This document shows positions 60,230 to 64,000 of a stretch of DNA of 64,000 nucleotides, in pieces (positions within the stretch are counted from its first letter, which is position 1; each line of letters begins with the position of its first letter). The stretch lies in contig JBJOKS010000022.1 of NCBI GenBank assembly GCA_046045965.1, forward strand, positions 32,001 through 96,000, written 5' to 3'. Position numbers and translations under genes: made by a program. The notes beneath the pieces are model-generated. The model ran no database searches, was not told the origin of the DNA, and saw only the letters and a program-made list of their open reading frames with translations. The DNA comes from Cyanobacteriota bacterium (GTDB lineage: Bacteria; Cyanobacteriota; Cyanobacteriia; Cyanobacteriales; Nostocaceae).

Positions 60230-60441
60230 TTGTCAAACCTCTTATCGCTCAATAGTTTACGAACTACCTTAAAACCAGGTTTATTTGCTGCTACTCCTGC
60301 TTCTATATCTTCCCAAAACATATCACAAAATTCATCCCAAGTGGGCGAACCTTCTGGAAGTGGAGCTTGTTTAATACTAGCCTTTTTGGTTTTGAGAATA
60401 TCGGCAACTTTTTGTCGAGAAAATCTATGTATAATTTTTAC
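60226..60441 (-). pseudogene. 71-codon open frame lacking a canonical start codon (missed by ORF track)
   Basis: GTA-initiated frame VKIIHRFSRQKVADILKTKKASIKQAPLPEGSPTWDEF...KLLSDKRFDK*; its TGA overlaps the next ATG. Confidence 0.6.
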
Positions 60442-60504
60442 CCCTTATCCATGCTTCATAATTACTACCCAGTCCCCAGTCCCCAGTCCCCAGTTCCCTA
60501 TTCC

Positions 60505-61284
60505 CTACATATATCTAGTCAATTGCACGCGGTAACGGTCTTTTTTAGTAACAGCAATTTCCCCAACTTCTAAACGTCCTTTACCGCGAATTGCAATTAA
60601 ATCTCCGGTTTTCAATTGAGAACTAGCTTGAGTAATTTCTTTCCAATTAACGCGCACATCACCGGAGTCGATAAAATCAACCATTTTGCTGCGGGACATT
60701 CCAAAACCTGCTGATGCGATCGCATCTAATCTTAAAGAAGCTTCTACTGTAGTTAATTCTTTCTTTTTCGGTTCTCTAATTTTTAACTCATTAATATCAA
60801 TAGGTTGAGTTTTCACAGGCACAGAACGCACCTGTTTTAAACTCATTTCCAAAAATTCTGCGAGTTCAGGAACTACAATTGCTTGCGCTCCCCTTTCTCC
60901 CAAAATAATAATATCTCCCGTTTTTTCCCTGACAATTCCTGTACCCAACATCGCACCTAAAAAGTCACGGTGGGTTGCAGTATCAAACAAGAAATTACCA
61001 GCAATTTCGACAACGGTAATAGCGACTTGAGATTGATCTAATGGTAATTCAGAACGAGCGATCGCCACTCGTTGACGTTCAGCTTGAGGATATCCACCCC
61101 AGGCAACTAAATGCACATCTGTTAATCGGCTAAAAACCCGTTGAATTTCCGCCAACTCCGGCGGAGATAAAAAATCAGTTAAAACTACTTCCCAGGTCTT
61201 TATAGCTTGCTCTGCTTGGTCAATTACACGAGCAATGCTATCACGATTTTCAACACCTTTTAAAAGTTCTTCTCTGGGTAACAT
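60505..61284 (-). CDS. Photosystem II S4 domain protein (YlmH-like)
   Basis: WGGYPQAERQR, HRDFLGA, SLRLDAI...IRGKGR. Confidence 0.92.
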   Translation of the reverse strand: MLPREELLKGVENRDSIARVIDQAEQAIKTWEVVLTDFLSPPELAEIQRVFSRLTDVHLVAWGGYPQAERQRVAIARSELPLDQSQVAITVVEIAGNFLFDTATHRDFLGAMLGTGIVREKTGDIIILGERGAQAIVVPELAEFLEMSLKQVRSVPVKTQPIDINELKIREPKKKELTTVEASLRLDAIASAGFGMSRSKMVDFIDSGDVRVNWKEITQASSQLKTGDLIAIRGKGRLEVGEIAVTKKDRYRVQLTRYM

Positions 61285-61418
61285 TATTCCTATAGGAGTT
61301 CAGGAGTTCAGGAGTTCAGGAGTTCAGGAGGCAGGAGGCAGGAGCCAGAAGAGTTTGAATTTATTTTTCCCAATTACCAATTACCAATTACCAATTACCA
61401 ATTAGCAATTACCAAACA

Positions 61419-61919
61419 TTAGTTTGTTTCTGCATAACCTTGGATATTTTCTGGGTCAAATTGGCGTAAGATGCGGGTAGCTTGGCGAGTCAGAGTTTCT
61501 GAACCCTGAACTACAATGATGTATTTACCAGCGTCTAAACGGTTGCGGTAAGGTAAAGCATCTCCACCACCGGCAACTAAACCTACACCACCACCAACAA
61601 AGACGCTACCCATAGCACCGCTACCAGCACCAAGCAAACCACCAATTACATGATTACCGATTTCTCCAGCCCAAGCAAAGGTATTTAAGCCAGTGATAAG
61701 ACTGAAGGTAGCACCAGCAAAAAAGCCGAATGGTATTAACCAGAATGCCATTAATCTTGCTTGTTTTTTGGCTTCTTCTTTGGGGTCAATTAAACCAAAC
61801 TCATCAGCGGTTTTGTATCCTCTACCCAATATAGAGCTATTTATGCCTTCTTTTTCTAAGCCTAAGTAAGCAGCTTCAGCTTGGATACGATCTGATAATA
61901 CGGCAACAAGGTAATTCAT
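61419..61919 (-). CDS. Conserved hypothetical membrane protein
   Basis: 166-aa ORF with two Gly-rich TM segments. Confidence 0.8.
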   Translation of the reverse strand: MNYLVAVLSDRIQAEAAYLGLEKEGINSSILGRGYKTADEFGLIDPKEEAKKQARLMAFWLIPFGFFAGATFSLITGLNTFAWAGEIGNHVIGGLLGAGSGAMGSVFVGGGVGLVAGGGDALPYRNRLDAGKYIIVVQGSETLTRQATRILRQFDPENIQGYAETN

Positions 61920-61974
61920 TAGTCTAAAAATTGTGATCTGAAAAAAATTGTTCTTAATTAACAGGGTATCAGGA

Positions 61975-62085
61975 CTGGTACCGCAGGGCGGAAGTCAAAA
62001 GTCAAAAGTCAAAAGTCAAAACAAAGACAGCATAAGCTTTTCGGAGATTTAGAATGGTTGAGTTATTTATGCCAACCTGTACTAG
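61975..62085. mobile_element. MITE-like element with AGTCAAA repeats
   Basis: Imperfect TIR CTGGTAC...GTACTAG. Confidence 0.55.
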
Positions 62086-62109
62086 TTCCACGAAATACTC
62101 AGCTAAATA

Positions 62110-62487
62110 TTATTTTAGCGAGTCCAACGGTTCACAAAAATTATTCACGCCTTGCTTGAGGACATATATTAAAACTGGGGTAGCCAAAACCTTGGGAAAC
62201 TCTGGGATACTTCTCAGGTGTGACATCATCCCAGCAACTGATCTATTTAGCAAATCATCTCGATATTCTTGTTCACATAAGACTGCACGCCATTTTCTCG
62301 CTAACGCGTCTAACCACTCAGAATTTGTTCGTCCTGGTTCTTGTCCGGCTTTGATAGCAAGGGTCATAGCTGCATCTTCTAAGTCTCCCTCACAGTCTTC
62401 TATCAAGTCTAATACTTCCATAGCTTGAGGATCATCTGCTAATTGAGAGCGAAATTTGGCAATTTCTTGTGATGTGATTTTAGTCAT
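62110..62487 (-). CDS. Hypothetical protein
   Basis: MTKITSQEIAKFRSQL...CEGDLEDAA; start set to ATG just downstream of the tandem repeat. Confidence 0.75.
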   Translation of the reverse strand: MTKITSQEIAKFRSQLADDPQAMEVLDLIEDCEGDLEDAAMTLAIKAGQEPGRTNSEWLDALARKWRAVLCEQEYRDDLLNRSVAGMMSHLRSIPEFPKVLATPVLIYVLKQGVNNFCEPLDSLK

Positions 62488-62567
62488 TGGTAATTGGTAA
62501 TTGGTAATTGGTAATTGGTAATTGGTAATTGGTAATTGGTAATTGGTAATTGGTAATTGGTAATTGG
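62486..62567. repeat. Short tandem heptamer repeat ATTGGTA
   Basis: Directly visible; same family at 59846-59879 and inverted at 61368-61415. Confidence 0.95.
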
Positions 62568-62723
62568 GAAAATGCAAATAATCTCCCCCTGCTCCCCCTG
62601 CTCCCCCTGCTTTCTGTCCCCAGTAAAGAGTCCCCAGTCCCCAGAGAACTGATAAAAGCCTCATTGTGCAGTTTAATTACTGGCAATGAAGCTTTTCGTG
62701 GCTTGTAAACCGTTTTTATTTGT

Positions 62724-64000
62724 TTACTTATTAAAAGCTCTGGAGGTGACAAAGCGTTGCAACTGTGTTAAAGCACGGTTGTAATCCAAAATAGCACGAA
62801 TGCGATTACCTTCGGATCTTGTCAGTTCAGTTTCAGCGTTGATAACATCAGTTTGAGTACCTACACCAGCTTGGAAACGCAAACGCGCTAACCTTAGAGA
62901 CTCTTTAGCTTGCTCTAGAGCCGCATTAGCAGTTTGTACGTTTTCCAAATTAGAGAGCTGGTTAGAATAAGCCTGTTCTACCTGAAAGCGGATTTGGTTA
63001 CGTTGTTCAGCAAATTGAGTTTCAGCGATGGCCATATTAGTTTTAGCCTGGGCTGCTCTTGCTTTTGCTGCACCACCATCATATAAGTTTATTCTTGCTT
63101 GTACTCCCAGTGAATAACCATCGCTAACATTGACATTATCATTAAACACATCGAGCAGTTCATATTGAGCAACTAAACTAATCTGTGGACCTAAAGTAGC
63201 TAGTGCTTGTCTTCTTTGTTGTTCGCTAATATTGCGCTGTGCTAACTGCTGTTGTAGTTCAGGACGGTTTTGATAAGCTAAGACAATGCTATCTTCCAAG
63301 GTTCGCTCCCAAAGACCAGCCAGTTGTACAGGATCAGCCGCACTAATATTTACAGCATGGGGCAGATTTAACCGCAGAGCTAACTGACGACGAGCAATGA
63401 TTTGCTGAGAAATAGCATTAGTTAAGTCTTGTTGAGAATTAGCTAAATTTACTTGCGATCGCAACACATCGAACCTTGTACCCACTCCAGCCCGTTCTAA
63501 AGCCAAAGCATCTCGCAAACTAGCCTGAGAGTTCTCAACTGCTGATTGAGAAATACGTACATTTTCATCCGCTTGTTGTAAAGCATAGTAATCTGTGGCC
63601 ACATTCAAGCGAATTTCCTCAGATTGTCTTTCTAATTCCAACTCTTGAACACGTACCTGTTCCTCAGCTTCTGTAATGGCCGCGTTTCGTCTCCCAGAGG
63701 TATAAAGATCATACCTGAGTTCCGCTTGACTATTGAAACTGGTATTAGATTCAGCATCAGGGGCAAGAGGATTTAACCTCTGTTGCTGTTTAGCTTGCAG
63801 TGTACTATTAGAACTACGGCTATTTGCCAGCGCACCATTTACATCTAAAGTAGGCAGCAAAGCAGCTTGAGCTTCCTTTAAAGCAGACTGACTACGTTGC
63901 AACTGCAAAATAGACACCTGTAGTTCATTATTATTCCGCTTTGCCAGTTCTAGAGCCTGTTCTAAAGTAATGGGCTGATTTGCTTGAAGTCTCACTTCCT
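62724..64000 (-). CDS. tolC: TolC family outer-membrane efflux protein (HgdD-like), 5' part outside window
   Basis: ITLEQALELA, AGVGTRFDVL, RFQAGVGTQTDV outer-membrane efflux repeats. Confidence 0.9.
   Translation of the reverse strand, partial: EVRLQANQPITLEQALELAKRNNNELQVSILQLQRSQSALKEAQAALLPTLDVNGALANSRSSNSTLQAKQQQRLNPLAPDAESNTSFNSQAELRYDLYTSGRRNAAITEAEEQVRVQELELERQSEEIRLNVATDYYALQQADENVRISQSAVENSQASLRDALALERAGVGTRFDVLRSQVNLANSQQDLTNAISQQIIARRQLALRLNLPHAVNISAADPVQLAGLWERTLEDSIVLAYQNRPELQQQLAQRNISEQQRRQALATLGPQISLVAQYELLDVFNDNVNVSDGYSLGVQARINLYDGGAAKARAAQAKTNMAIAETQFAEQRNQIRFQVEQAYSNQLSNLENVQTANAALEQAKESLRLARLRFQAGVGTQTDVINAETELTRSEGNRIRAILDYNRALTQLQRFVTSRAFNK

Noticed and set aside
62480..62752. 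ORFs with YQLPITN repeats (also the N-terminal extension of 62110-62664)
   Set aside because: Translation of the ATTGGTA tandem repeat

Overview
Chromosomal window from a heterocyst-forming (Nostocales-type) cyanobacterium, judged from frequent HIP1 octamers (GCGATCGC), 7-mer tandem repeats and gene content. Most of it is core or ordinary accessory genome: NDH-2, ycf66, gnd, metK, a cobalamin riboswitch with cobG-H-I-J, an ArsR-pstSCAB operon, smtA, hemL, hisIE, a porin, a PTS fusion and tolC. The most unusual locus is 10.05-13.15 kb, just after gnd. A strong sigma70-type promoter precedes a ~280-nt structured non-coding region ending in a tRNA-like acceptor stem and T-arm, with no D-arm or anticodon arm. 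It is followed by a PARIS-like pair: an ABC ATPase and a DUF4435/TOPRIM nuclease. The ATPase carries C-terminal pentatricopeptide (PPR) repeats with canonical RNA-code residues, the nuclease has an in-frame TAA at codon 17, and the pair sits between 50-bp direct repeats. All product calls come from motif recognition by eye; no database search or folding program was run.
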